From the NCBI RefSeq assembly GCF_009914755.1, contig NC_060940.1: DNA of 64,000 nt; one strand, 5' to 3'. Numbering within the stretch: position 1 is the stretch's first letter; every line of letters begins with the position of its first letter. Position numbers and translations under genes: made by a program. The stretch comes from the human T2T-CHM13v2.0 reference genome, Homo sapiens. Positions 1 to 15,019 of the stretch are shown here, piece after piece. Below the pieces are notes generated by a model that worked only from the letters and a program-made list of their open reading frames with translations, was not told where the DNA came from and searched no databases.

Positions 1-2870
1 TGGATGTGGGCATTTAATTCTATAAATTTGCCTCTTAACACTATCTTAGCTGTGTTCCAGAGATTCTGGCATGTTTTGTCTTTTTTCTCATTAGTTTCAA
101 AGAACTTCTTGATTTCTTCATTAATTTCATTATTTACCAAAAAGTCATTCAGGAGCAGGTTATTCAATTTCCATTTAATTGTATAGTTTTGAGCGATTTT
201 CTTTGACTTAATTTCTAATTTTATTGCACTGTGGTCCAAAAGAGTGGTTGTTATAATTTCAGTTCTTTTGCATTTACTGAGCATTGTTTTATGTCTGATC
301 ATGCGGTAGATTTTAGAATATGTGCCATGTGGCAATGAGAAGAATGTTCCTTCTATTTTGGGGGGGTGGAGAGTTCTGTAGATGTCCATTCAGTTCATTT
401 GATCCAGTGCTGAGTTCAGGTACTAAATATCTTTGTTAAGTTTCTGCCTCAATGATCTGTCTCATACTGTCAGTGGGATTTTGAAGCTTCCAACTATTAT
501 TGTGTCAGAGACTAAGTCTCTTGAAGCTCTCTGTGAATATGCTTTATGAATCTGGATGCTTCTGTGTTGGGTGCATATATATTTAGAATAGTTAGGTCTT
601 CTTGTTTAATTAATCTCTTTACCATTGTGTAATTATATTCTTTGTCTTAATTTATCTTTGTTGGTTTAAAGTCTATTTTGTCTGAAATTATAATTGCAGC
701 TTCTGCATTTTTGTTTTCCATTTGCCTGATAGATTTTTATCCATCCCTTGACTTTGAGCCTATGTGTGCCACTGCATGCAAGATTGGTCTCTTGAAGACA
801 GTGTATCATTGGGTCTTGCTTCTTTATCCATCTTGCCACTCTGTGCCTTTTAATTGGGGCATTTAGCCCATTTACACTCAAGGTTAGTATGGATAGGTGT
901 GGATTTGATCCCATCATCATGATGTTAGCTCGTTATTATGGAGACTTATTTGTGTGGTTGCTTTATAGTGTAACTGGTTTGCGTACTTAAGTGTGTTTTT
1001 GTAGTGGCTGATGATAGTCTTTCCTTTCCACATTTAGCAATTTCTTCATGAGGTTTTGTAAGGTAGGTCTGGTGGTAACAAATTCCCTTGGCATTTGTTT
1101 ATCTGAAAAGGATTTTATTTCTCCTTTGTTTATGAAGCTTAGTTTAGCCAGATATAACTTTTTTCCTGTTTTTTTTTTTTTTAATTTCAATAGGTTTTTG
1201 GAGGAAAAGGTGGTGCTTGGTTGCATGGATAAGTTCTTTAGTGGTGATTTCTGAGAATTTGGTGTACCCATCACCCAAGCAGTGTACACTGTACTCAATA
1301 TGTAGTCTTTAAGATAGGAAATTTTTGGCTGAAATTTCTTCAAGAATGTCAAATGTTGGTCCCCAGTCTCTTCTGGCTTGTACGGTTTCTGTTGAGAGGT
1401 CTGCTGGTAGTCTGACGGGCTTTCATTTGTAGATGACCTGACTTTTCTCTCTAGCTTCCCTTAACATATTTTTTTCATTTTGACCTTGGAGAATCTGATG
1501 ATCTTCTTGTGAAGTATCTTATTGGGGTTCTCCACATTTCCTAAATTTGAATGTTGGCCTCTTTAGCTAGGTTGGATAAGTGTTCATGAATGATACCCTG
1601 AAATATGTTTTCCAAGTTGCTTTCATTCTCCCAGTCTCTTTCAGGAACATCAGTGAGTCACACCCTTGGTCTCTGCATAATCCCATATTTCTTGAAGGGT
1701 TTGTTCATTCCTTTTCATTCTTTTTAATCTATTATTGTCTGACTGTCTTATTTCAGAAAGCCAGTCTTCAAGCTCTAAGGTTATTTTCCCAGGTTGGTCT
1801 ATTTGACTATTTGCTATTGATACTGGCGATTGCACTAACAAATTCTTATAGTGTGTTTTTCAGGTCTTTCAGGTTGGTTACATTCTTTCCTATACTGACT
1901 ATTTTGTCTGTCAGCTCCTGTATCATTTTATTGTGAGTCTTAGCTTCCTTGGATAGGATTTTAACATATTCCTGCATGTCAATGATCTTCATTCCTATCC
2001 ATATTCTGAATTCTATTTCTGTCATTTCAGCCTTCTCAGCTGGGTTCAGAACCCTTGCTGGAGAACTGGTGTAGTTGTTCGGAGGAAAGAAGGCACTCTC
2101 GCTTTTTTGGGTTGTCAGAGTTCTTGTCCTGGTTCTTTCTCAAATTTTGGGGCTGGTGTTCCTTCAGTCTTTCATGTTGCTGTCATTTGGATTTTTTTTT
2201 TTTTTTGGTGTTGTTGTTCACCCTATTTGCTAACCTTGAGGGTTTGATTGTGGTATAGGTGGGTTCAGTCAACTGGCTTCATTTCTGGAGGATTAAAGGG
2301 GGTCCAGGCTCAGCTCAGGACTCCTGGACTGCATGCTCTATCTCTGGGGAACTGATATCAGTGGACTTTGTTCTCTGGCTCCTTGAAATTAGGAACCTGC
2401 TGCACTAGAAGGGCCGAGGGGCTCCCAGACCTCTGGTCCCGGCACTCCAGTGGATTTTGCCAGCCGAAGCATTTCATAGGGCGGTGTTAGTGGAATCCAT
2501 CCTTGTTCATACATGCCAGCAGCAGCACCGGCGGCAGTACAGCAGGGTGCACACTCATCAGCTACGGCACAGTGCCAGTGGGTGGCAGGGTACTGGCCTC
2601 GGTGCAGGTGTTTGCAGCAGCAGAGGCAGCACAGCTCCGGGGGGCAGTGGGTCTCTACTGGTTACTGTGGGCATGGCTGTGCTGGTGGTAGTGTCAGCTT
2701 CAGAGTAGGTCGCTGGTGGACAGAGGACTATATTTGCTTTCTGTGCGTGTTCACACAGACAGATGTGACTGCTCAGTGTAAGGAGCAGGGAGGGTCTGCC
2801 GTTATCTGTGTCTAGTGTCGCTCCAGTGGGCAGTGTTGGTTCAGGGGCTGGGTACTGGCAGAGACGGGGA
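1..2870 (-). mobile_element. Old primate LINE-1 (L1PA13-16/L1PB-era), 5' portion: part of 5'UTR, broken ORF1 and start of ORF2; runs off the left edge
   Basis: ORF 666..920 (-) MMMGSNPHLSILTLSVNGLNAPIKRHRVARWIKKQDP... is the ORF2 endonuclease N-terminus. ORFs 987..1352 and 1650..1841 carry ORF1 motifs (KLSFINKGEIKSFSDKQM, RMKRNEQTLQEIWDY). GC-rich 5'UTR-like sequence at ~2240-2870. Multiple stops and frameshifts. Confidence 0.9.
1159..1310 (-). mobile_element. Short 5'-truncated L1PB1-type 3' end nested in ORF1 of the older L1
   Basis: Poly(T) followed by AATTTCAATAGGTTTTTGG...GATAAGTTCTTTAGTGGTGATTTCTGAG...CCCATCACCCAAGCAGTGTACACTGTAC, which resembles the recalled L1PB1 3' terminus. Host L1 resumes on both sides; AGATA at both junctions (1150-1154, 1312-1316). 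Confidence 0.8.
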
Positions 2871-4134
2871 CCAAATTGCCTTTGTCAATTAAGTAATCAA
2901 TCGATTATGTGTGCTGTTCTTTGTACAGCAGCTACACAGTGCGTGTTTCATATCCACACTCAGTAAACACTACCTGGTGTCATTTGAGGCAGTTTCAGTT
3001 CTCTTCAGTCATTATACTGGATTTGACTTGGAAAAAAATTACAGAGAAATTTTTATCGAGCACTTTGAAGTAAACAACAATGGAGTGGAGATATGTACGG
3101 CATAAAATCATAAAGAAAGATACAAAAGTGTTGATTGTATCCCCAATGATGTTTGCAGTGTTCAGAAAATTTTAGATTCATTGCTTGTAATTTAGAGTAT
3201 TCAGAACTTTTTTTCAGAACATTTGGACTAAATATTTATCAAGTGAATTAAGATGAATTTGAATTCTAATTCTGCACTTACTAGCTTTGTAGCTGGCAGT
3301 TTAAATTTCAGAGACAGAACTTCATCTTCAGTAAAAAGAGGTTTATTTCACATTTCTCACAGGGTTGGTGTTATGCTTATTTTACATGACTTGTCTAACA
3401 ACATGAAGGAAAGCAAGTGGTCAATAACCTTTAGTTAACTTTTCTGTTACATAATAAGCAGTTTGGCAAAGGTTTGACTTTATGGTACAAAGAGTACAGC
3501 AAATGTGACATTTCAGGTCCATCCTAGAAATAGCATCTCTCTTTCAAATCAAGATAAATGATAACAGACTGTGGTTGCTTTATTGGCTATCCTTGTGCAC
3601 ATAGCAAATAGTTCTGAGCCCACAACTGAGCAGAGATATGCTATTGTATGGTACAGGATAAAAAATAAAGGCATCCACTGGTCTATGTCTTGCCCTACTG
3701 AGAAGGACAAATGATTTTCCTAAACAATGTTAGTTCAATATCCAATATAAAGTGAAATCAACCTGATCAGGTCATGTTGATGGAATACAGTGCCACTGTC
3801 ACCTGTCTTTAGAGGGAATTTGAGTAGCATGCCAACAAAAACTGATTCTACATCTAAAGAATAGGCACTTATAAGGCTATTCTCTCTTACTCCTTGAACA
3901 GCTTGGATTTTTCATGATGACTGACTTTTAACAAAAATGCAAACAATGATTAACACCGAACAACAAGCATTCGAGGAAGTTTTATACACATTTTGTGGTT
4001 ATTTATAATAATGAAATGTTAGAATACATCTAAATAAATATCTTACAACAGAGGAATAGTTATCAATCATGGCCCAAACACTTGACTGAAGGTGATGTAT
4101 ACATTAAAAATAGTGGCAATCAAGTATATCTTGA

Positions 4135-4391
4135 TTATATTAAACTATATTTAAACATATAGTTTATATTAAACTGTATTTAAACATATAGTTTATATTA
4201 AACTGTATTTAAACATATAGTTTATATTGAACTGTATTTAAACATAGTTTATATTAAACTGTATATAAACATATAGTTTATATTAAACAGTATTTAAACA
4301 TAGTTTATATTAAACTGTATTTAAGCATATAGTTTATATTAAACTGTATTTAAGCATATAGTTTATATTAAACTATATTTAAACATACGGT
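4135..4391. repeat. AT-rich minisatellite, ~9 copies of a 27-29-bp unit TTATATTAAACTGTATTTAAACATATAGT
   Basis: Direct reading of tandem units with few substitutions and two 2-bp-shorter copies. Confidence 0.95.
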
Positions 4392-4619
4392 TCTGCAACA
4401 CCAGAACCATATGTTTAAAGAATTTTTTTAAATGAGTTTATAAATAGTTTACCTTAAAATCATAACCATGTGAAAAAGCAGTTACAGGGTCTAAGAAGAT
4501 AAGATTGATAAGGTCCAAAATTAGTAACATCTCTGTTAGAATGATTGCTATGTTCTTAACATCATTATCATGGTATATTGCTTTTATAATTCAAGATTAA
4601 AAATGACTGTCACAGTTAA

Positions 4620-5030
4620 CTCTCAAAAAAAATGATCAACTCCTCTGAAAAACTAATTATAGCTGTGTAAATCTATGTGTTTCACAAGGGTATTTATCAC
4701 AGTGTTGTTTTTTCTATTAATAAAAAATCAGGAACATCTTAAATGTTTAACAATACATGATTAGCTTAAAAAATTAATACATATACAATAGAAGGAATAA
4801 TATGTAGGCTGTAAGTGTTACATTGTCAAAGATTATTTAATTATGTTAGAAAAGAATGTCAAGTGAGAAAAAAGCAGATGTGAAATTATATAAGACATCA
4901 TTATATGCATATACATTGAAAAATTCCTGGAACTATGTAACATAACAACCAAAGTATTAACAGAAGTAATACAAGCAGTCTGTGGACAATTTAACAACTT
5001 CCCTTTATTTATTTACTTATTTAGTTTTCT
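4620..5030 (+). mobile_element. Highly degraded L1M(E)-type 3' fragment
   Basis: ATTTATCACAGTGTTGTTT...AAAAATCAGGAACATCTTAAATGTTTAACAATA resembles old L1 3' region; boundaries approximate. Confidence 0.4.
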
Positions 5031-5714
5031 TTAAGAATTTTAATCCCTGTTAAAATAATAACAGTAAGAAGTACTCTTTGGAGAGCTTATTCACTTTGAT
5101 AATGTGTTTCCTAGGTTAGGTCAATGTCAGCTACAACAAATATCCAGCCCCCTGACTCGGAGTACTTTTGTAATCCATTCAATGCTTCATATTGCGGTAG
5201 GCATATAATAGGTACAAGAATCATTTTATCTTGTTTGATTCATAAGTAACTCAAGGGAAAGGGTGTCAATCTCTGAGAAACATCATCACCAGCCTTTGTA
5301 AAATTATTTTGATTATAAGTGATCCCAACACATTTATGTGTCTGAATCTTCCCCATCTCCTATTTCTTATTTATCTAAATTCATCCCAAAGGAAGTTCAC
5401 TCCCTGCAATTTAAGGTGCATCATCTGGCTCCAGTAACTACTTGAGATAACAGATCCCGGGCTTCACGACGTGATATTTCACCCAAATACTGAAGTGACA
5501 GGAAAAGTAGACACTTAGGAATGCGTGACTAGTCAGCTTTTCTGCAAAGAAGTGGCAAAAGGAGAGGACCCCTTCTCGATAGCCTGAGTCACTCCCAGGG
5601 AGAGCAATCAGTCGAGCTCCTGGTGAAATGGAACCAGGAGACTCTCAGGAGGATTATATGTTATGTCCAATGCAGTAGAGAAGATAAAGACCATGCCCAG
5701 AAGAGGGGTTCTCC

Positions 5715-6502
<788 letters not shown>

Positions 6503-6834
6503 TCAATTCCCCTAATCAAGCAGAAGTAAAAAGGGAGTGCTGTAAGTTCTTGAGAAGTATCTTGTAAAGATTAATCTAAAGACAGTTTCAATGGATTGCA
6601 GAGGAAAGCATAGAATAAGGTAGACCACTGAGAAATAAAGACAAAAATGTAAAGGTCTTTATTGCCTACAGAAAGTAACCACTCCCTGTCCTACACCCTG
6701 AAAAAAATCAGGAGTGTTAAAAAATCTAAAGGTAAAGTAACAGACAAAAAAAGTTCCTGAAAGGATTTACTAGAGAGGGAACACATTCTGTTTAATACAG
6801 AATGACACTGACACTTTGTATTTGAAAAAAGAAA

Positions 6835-7143
<309 letters not shown>

Positions 7144-7232
7144 ACTTCTATATATCAAAATAACAAAAATATTAATTAAAAACAATTAGGAAACCTATGA
7201 TTTTCATATAAATTATGAGGTTGATAGCTTCT

Positions 7233-7782
<550 letters not shown>

Positions 7783-8846
7783 TCAATCTATAGAACTCCT
7801 TTATTATATGAAAAGCTTGGTCAAACTGCCTAAATTAGATAAATAAGTTTCTTTTGGAATCAATTTAGATTCTTTTAATTGGTATAAAAATAGTGCCCAG
7901 CACAAAGTATTACATGGGCATTAAATAAGGTAATAGATGTTAAGATCTTAACACACGCTGAGAATGGAGTTAATAGTAGCTCATATGACCTACTACTATT
8001 ACTTGTACCATCAGCATCAGGCATCACCACTGTTCTACTACTGCCATTAATGTCATAATTTCTACAAAGACTGTAATCACACAAAAGGGTGAAGCTGAGT
8101 AAACCTCATTACCTTACTCCCTCTCATTGTCTCTTGTCTTGTATGCATCTAGGCACAAAAGTTCCCAGATTACGTTAAAGACTCCCTGAAAATTTTTGAA
8201 AGATGAATTCTGTAAACAAGATACTATACTCAATTATTGAACACCTTAAAACAAAATGGTGTCATATTATAGTACATGGTGGGAAGAGAATGTTTCTATA
8301 CTTTTGGTGAGTAGTAAATAGCAACATTTTTCTTTGCAATTGGCTCTATGTATCAGTTCCAAAATGTTCTAAAAAATTATGAACATACATTTCTAAGATT
8401 ATTAATCACAACAATAATTGTGACAGATAAAGTTTGGAAGCAATATAAATACCCATCAAGAAAGATTTGATTAAAATTATCTGTTCATATAACATAATAC
8501 TAAGCAAACATTGAAATGATATTTTGGATATTTAAAGAGATAGGTTTAAAGAGATATTTAAAGAGATAGAAAAAAATCTTCACTGTATTTTTGGTAAAAA
8601 ATTTGATGAATAAAAAATATCCAGTCTCTGTATAAAAAGTCTATATAATAATAAATGATCATGATCATATTTAAAATGTATTCAACATCTGATTTTTTTG
8701 GTGCTCTCTGCTAAATGTATTATGTGAGTTTGCTAATTTAATTATCATAAAAATCCTATGAAAAAAAATACTCTTACCCTCTTTGGTATACAGCTTTCAC
8801 TACCGTAGCCAAAAGAACGAAGGTTGCATAGTCAGGTTAAATACCC

Positions 8847-8945
8847 AAAAAAAAAAAAAAAAAAAAAAAAAAACTGGAGAGGGAAAACTCATGTTTACAA
8901 TGATTATCGAAGGTGGTGGTGGTGGTGGTGGTGGTGGTGGTGGTG
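8847..8945. repeat. Poly(A) tract and (GGT)n microsatellite (~11 units)
   Basis: Direct reading. Confidence 0.9.
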
Positions 8946-10141
8946 TGTATGCGTCAATGTGACAGAGTTTATGTATGATATATTGGGAGATTGGTATTTT
9001 TCACATTATCATTGAAATTTTCTCCAAAGAATATATTTTACTTCGCTATATTAAGTTAGATTTTTTGATGAATGATAATGGTTATGTTACAATTATAGAT
9101 TTGGGTTTCCTTTTAATAACTGAAATTTAACAAAGTAGCATATGGAGTGTACTTAGTACCTAGCACAGATCATAAAAATCTGTGGTCCTGGTAAGCATCT
9201 GGACTAGTAGATAAGTTATGCTGTTTCTTCAAATTGTGGAAATATATAGAGGAGGGAGAGCATTTATGTTATAGGAGACTTAGCTAGCACACCTACAGCT
9301 TTAAGATATAAACAGAAATTTATAAGCTGACTATTTTAATATCATGAAGAGTCCTATATTTTTGCTAATGGTAATATTAGTAGACCTTGTTTTTTTTAAG
9401 AGTTCAAGTCTAAATTTTATTCCACATACCAACCACAACTAGTGTTAGAATTTGGGTTATTCATAAGTAGTGATGGCCCTGGGTAGGCTTCTACTATCAT
9501 AGAAAGCAGGTATCTGCCAAGGTACTCACTGGCAACATCCATACCTCTACTCATTAATTTACTTTATACATATTTATTGAGTTCCAATCATATTCAAAAC
9601 ATGTTGATAAGCACTGGAGCATGTTCGTGAGCAAGACACAGGCAAATCAAGCAAACCATTTTCTCCCTTCATAGAATGTCAGTCTTTCAATTCATGAAGT
9701 TGATTCCAATGACAGTAAATTGTAGGAAATGTCTAAGTTTAAATACAATGCATGGTTTCTATGCAGCATCAACCTAACCATTTTATAAAGAGGACATACA
9801 GACAGAACTGAACTTATTATTCAAAAATATACATCTAACTATAATATTTGTTGTTGTGCCTTGTTTTCTCCTTTACTTTCAACTTTCACACTGTTAGGAG
9901 CTAGATGTATACTTTCAAATAATAATGTTGCACATTAATTCTGTAATGTTGCACAAATTGAAACATAGATGAATTAGGAAGCTTTTTTTCCAGTTTTGAA
10001 TATATGATTATAAAGCACAGTCCTAGATGAATGTAATTAGTTTTCTTTCTACTCTAGTAGCATATACCAGAGAATGGAGAACACTTGAACAACAAAAGCC
10101 ATCTTATATATTTGTCCTCACAGATACCCTACAACTATCTT

Positions 10142-10453
<312 letters not shown>

Positions 10454-11454
10454 TACAACTATCTTAAGTCAAGATGAAAAAGAGAAAAAAGTTGTGATGA
10501 TGACACACGCAAGGCTCCAGGCAACCACACAGTACAGCAAAGGCTTAGTAGAAATCTATCATACTGAGATTGATTAGAAAAATAACAAACTGCTCTGCAT
10601 TTCATTCACAATAAACCAATATGACTTAAATTCTACAGAATTGGCTCCCAAATTATGTATATATGTAATATATATATTACATATATATATAATTACATAA
10701 TTATAAAACCTCCTCCTAGAAACTATATATTAATTGAGAGTAGTTTATTTGTGGTTTGATGATATTTGTAAATAGTTTTACATCATAATGAGTGTCAAGT
10801 AAGATATTTCACTTATAAAACCTACTAAAGATTTAGACTCCTTTGCAAGCTATCAGATATAAGATAACAATGATCTCATAGGCAGAGGGCAATGAAAGCT
10901 AAAATGTCTCATGAGAAAGTTTCAATCAAGTAATAAAATTTAAAGGAATTTAAGCAGCCTTTAGGATGTCATGCATCAATTTAGAAAGAATTTGTGATCT
11001 AGTTGAGAAATGCAAAACCCTCTGTCCAGTAAGAATGCAGTGGTTGTCTTCTACAGTAAGTAAAGCTTCACTGGGAAAGAAATAGTTCTGTGTATAAGTC
11101 TGTGGGCATGTGGATATGAAGGTGTAGTGTCTTTTCCAAACTCTGAAAATACTACTAATGGTAGCAACAGATACACATTTACACATAGATATTTTAGAGC
11201 TTTGAGCTACATTTCCTCTAAAACAACTGGTTGACCTTTCCTCTCTTTTTTGCTCTCTCTCTCTCTCTCTCCTGTCCTAATCTAGTCTGTCTTTCATCTC
11301 TCACAGTTTCCTTGTGTCTTCTATTATTTCAGCTTGAAATTACAAACCTAAATTCAACAAGGGTCAAGCAGATAACATGAAAGAATACAGTGTGCTGGTT
11401 GGGGGCTATGGCAAATTGGAGAGTGCATGCTATATCTGAAGGGGGCAAAATTAG

Positions 11455-12650
11455 CATTCAGTTTAAGAACTTGACCTCTAGTTATATGCGAACCCATCTC
11501 TCCACTTACCAGGTATATGGCCTTGGCTAAGCAAAGCACAATAGTTATCTATTTGTGTCTCATTATCCACATTTGTAAATTTTGAGAATAATAGTGCCTA
11601 CCTCATAAAATGGTGATTTGCTCATTCAAATAAAGTGAATAAAGTGCCTACTCTGTGAAGGACTTTATTTTAAGGTCTGCAGACACAGCAATGATCAAAA
11701 AGGCAAAGTCCTGGTTCTCCACAGCGCATGTTCAAAGCATGAATTATATAATCAATAAACTAAGAAAAAAAGATCATATATAATGTTCAGAAGCTAGTAT
11801 GCATTATTTAAAAGGCTATAAGAGCATAGATATGAGTAGGGGTTTACTGTCTTAACAGAATGTAGAAATGGATGAATGTTTACATTTTATATAGGCTGTA
11901 TTTATACAGGCTGTCCTGTCTGTGAAGGAGGCATTTGAGAGGATAAGTGATTAAAGTTAGGGATCAGGCTGTGAGCAGACCAGACTAGAAGGGCATTATA
12001 GGTGACAACATCCACAGCAAAGCCTCTGAAACTGGAATGCATTTAGTGTATTTGAAAAGAGCATAGAATCTGGAGCCTCTAGAACAGATGGAGAAAGATA
12101 GAGTTGCAGGTGACATTAAAAGTTAATGGAGGGTCTTTTAAGTGATTTCAAGGATCAAAATCTTTTACTCTGAAAAAGATGAGGAGCTAAGGGACAGTAT
12201 TGAACTGAAGAAAAACATGATGTCACTTGAGATTTCAGTTAGTCACTGTGGCTGTGGCTGTTTTGGAGAGAATAGGCTTTAATGGATTAGGAATGGCACT
12301 GATAAGCCAGGAAGACCAGGTTGCAACTGATGGTTGCTTGAGCCAAGGTGGTAATGGTGAGGGAGATGAGAAATGGTCAGTCTCAAAATATAATTGAAAC
12401 GTAGGGCCAACATCACTTACCCACCTAGGGTATGGGATGAGTTGAAGGTGAAACCAAGATTTTTTTGTCCAGACCACTGCAGATAGGAGCAGATAGTTAC
12501 TAAGATAGGGAAGACTGGAAAATTCAGATTTTGAGGTTGGGAAATAAATTCGTTTGTAAAGATTAGGTAGAAAACACAGATCAAGGGCTTAAACTAGTAC
12601 CTGGCACATAGTAGGTGCATAATAAGTATTAGCTATAATTATTATCACCA
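11455..12650 (+). mobile_element. MIR split into two halves (~11455-11617 and ~12555-12650) by an L2 insertion
   Basis: Left half ends ...AATAATAGTGCCTACCTCATAAAATGGTG; right half TGTAAAGATTAGG...GTACCTGGCACATAGTAGGTGCATAATAAGTATTAGCT continues the MIR consensus. Confidence 0.65.
11620..12553 (-). mobile_element. L2 3' fragment
   Basis: CTCATTCAAATAAAGTGAATAAAGTGCCTACTCTGTG...GACACAGCAATGATCAAAA...GATGAGAAATGGTCAGTCTCAAAATATAATTGAA is typical of the antisense L2 3' region. Confidence 0.75.
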
Positions 12651-12929
12651 TTCTCATTTCTATTATTATATTAATTTAAGCATGATACTGTCATACCTCT
12701 TGCTTTTTCAAGCAAAGCTGTCAATTTAACTTCATAAAATATTCTCATTATCATGTCAAAAGTCATAAATCTCTGATGTTATCTGATGCTGCTGAAGTGG
12801 ACAGTCCTCTGTTCACGTTGATGACATGTTACCTAAGCACCTGTCAGGTCTCAGCTTTGCTGCCTTAGATCTTTCTTTGAAGCCATGGAAATTGTTTCCG
12901 TTCTCAATCAGGCAAAGCCTGGATGTATA

Positions 12930-13285
12930 GGAAATTTAACTCCCCAGCAGTATTCTTCAACCAATGGAGTCCAGGCTTTAAATTTAACCAGACCTTGACG
13001 GAAAATCTGAAGAAAATGTTGAATGCTTCTCTGCAGTTCTTCAGAGGATACCCAGAAGGAATACATCCAGTTGTTCCAAGCAGCTGCCAGCTTCAAACAC
13101 ACACTTTTGTAGCCTTGGTCCTTGTCTGGCTCTCTCTGCTCCTTCACTCTGAGTTTCCACAATTGCATCTAAAACTAACAAACAAAAAACAAAACAAACA
13201 AAAAACAAACAAAATAAAACCAAAAATTATCTGAACCCAAATCCTATCTTAGGCTTTGCTTTCAGTGGAATTCATACGAAGATAA
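12930..13285 (+). mobile_element. Degraded ERVL-type LTR (LTR16/LTR33-like) with an (AAAC)n expansion
   Basis: TTCTTCAACCAATGG...CCAGTTGTTCCAAGCAG...CCCAAATCCTATCTTAGGCTTTGCTTTCAGTGGAA resembles an ERVL LTR 3' end. Confidence 0.45.
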
Positions 13286-13309
13286 AAGCTAATAAAAAGA
13301 AAGTAATCT

Positions 13310-13455
13310 GGCCAGATTCAGTGGCTCACACCTGGAATCTCAGCATTTTGGGAGCCTGGGTGGGAGGATCGCTTGAGGACAGGAGTTTGAGACAAACCTG
13401 GGCAATAAAGCAAGACTGTCTCTACAAAAAAGTTTTAAAATTAAAATAAAAAGAA
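13310..13455 (+). mobile_element. FLAM (free left Alu monomer)
   Basis: Single arm GGCCAGATTCAGTGGCTCAC...GGAGGATCGCTTGAGGACAGGAGTTTGAGAC...CTCTACAAAAAA. Confidence 0.85.
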
Positions 13456-15019
13456 AACAATGTGAAAGCCAAAGTTCACATCATAGGACCAGTTTGCTAC
13501 CAATACTCATGCCATTACATCACTATGTATGTCATTTCTTCCAAGAATTGCTGCACACTGTGAATTATTGTCCACCCAAAATTCAAGCCAGGGTAAAATC
13601 CTAGCTTTTTTTTTTCAGGAGGGCATACATGATCATAAAGCATTCCTAATGCCCTTTTTACTTGAATAGATATTTAAGTGGCATTCTGGAAGAAAGAGAA
13701 ATAGTCAAACTTGGTTCTATTCAAATCTCCAGAAGAGAAAGTGGGGAGTAATATTCAAGAAGTATCCCCTTATGTGCAAGACATTGGGTTAGATTTCACA
13801 CAGTGTTTAGGCAAATCTTCACTATTGACCTGGAGAGAAGGCAAACCTTTATTTTAGATGATAAATAAGGGCATATAAAATGTAAACTGCCCAATGCCAC
13901 ATAGCTAGTTTTTAACAACCCTAAGATACAAAAAAAGATCTGCGAAATATCTTAGCCTACACCCTTTTAAATCCATAAGGCTACTGACTCTATCCGATTT
14001 AATTATTATCTTATGCTCCTTTACTTTGATCAAATATCTGTTAATTTAATTAAGCCTATAGGGAGAGATTTAGATTTCACAGGATAAGAAAAAATCTAGA
14101 ATTCTTAAAGTAAAATTGTATCTCTTGTGGGGAAAAAAATGATGGAATAAAAAAGGAAATGAGAAGTAGATGAAAATATTATATGTCCCACTTTTAGAAT
14201 TTTGCCTTCTAAGGGGTTGTAATACATTCAAGAGAAATTTTTATAACTGAATCGTTCAGAGTATTTTTCAAAGTACTATAGAAATTCAACTCTTAAAATA
14301 CTTTGAATCTACTGAATCTGATCAAAACTTAATATCAGTTTAAAGCCTCCCTTTTCTTCTTATATACAAATTTAAAGGAAACGTGTGCAAAAGCATCTGG
14401 AAAGACGTGAGTATCTCATGAAATAACAGTTTTTGTTTTTAAACGAAGACTTTTAATACAAATATATGCTCAGACACCATCCTATCCATTTCCATTGACT
14501 TTTATTCAGTTTCAGTATTGTCCAATTAAATCCCGATTAAATGAAATTTATTTTGATTATTTGATCAATCCTTGTAATGATCAATAGTTTCCATTACTTT
14601 AGTTACTTTCAATAAACTTTTGATTGAATCATCTTATGGTTAATTATTTTCTACAAATTTCAAATGGCTTCCAGTTTATTCAATCTATAAACTTAAAATC
14701 AATATTGTTTACATACCCAGTATCAGGGTGGGGGTGGGGGTGGCCTTTACACTCAATTGACTTAATTGTTCTGAGATGGGAGCTAGTCTATCTCATTTAA
14801 TTCTGTGTGACAGAGTACAGTGCACATAAAAGCCAATGCTTCAATGATAAGCATCACTGCTGGCTTGCAACTGCTAAAACTGTTAGAAGAATTGTAATTC
14901 AGCAAGATTTGGTGTTTCCACGTGATGCTGCCAAGTTTCAGAACCTGTTACAAACACTTGTCTTTGGAGTTACCCATTGCCCATGTTTGCTAACTTTCCA
15001 AGCATGAGGAGAGGTGCTG

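Noticed and set aside
4135-4391. Array of ~29-bp partly palindromic repeats superficially like a CRISPR array
   Set aside because: Units are directly adjacent with no unique spacers, there are no cas genes, and the DNA is human; it is a minisatellite.
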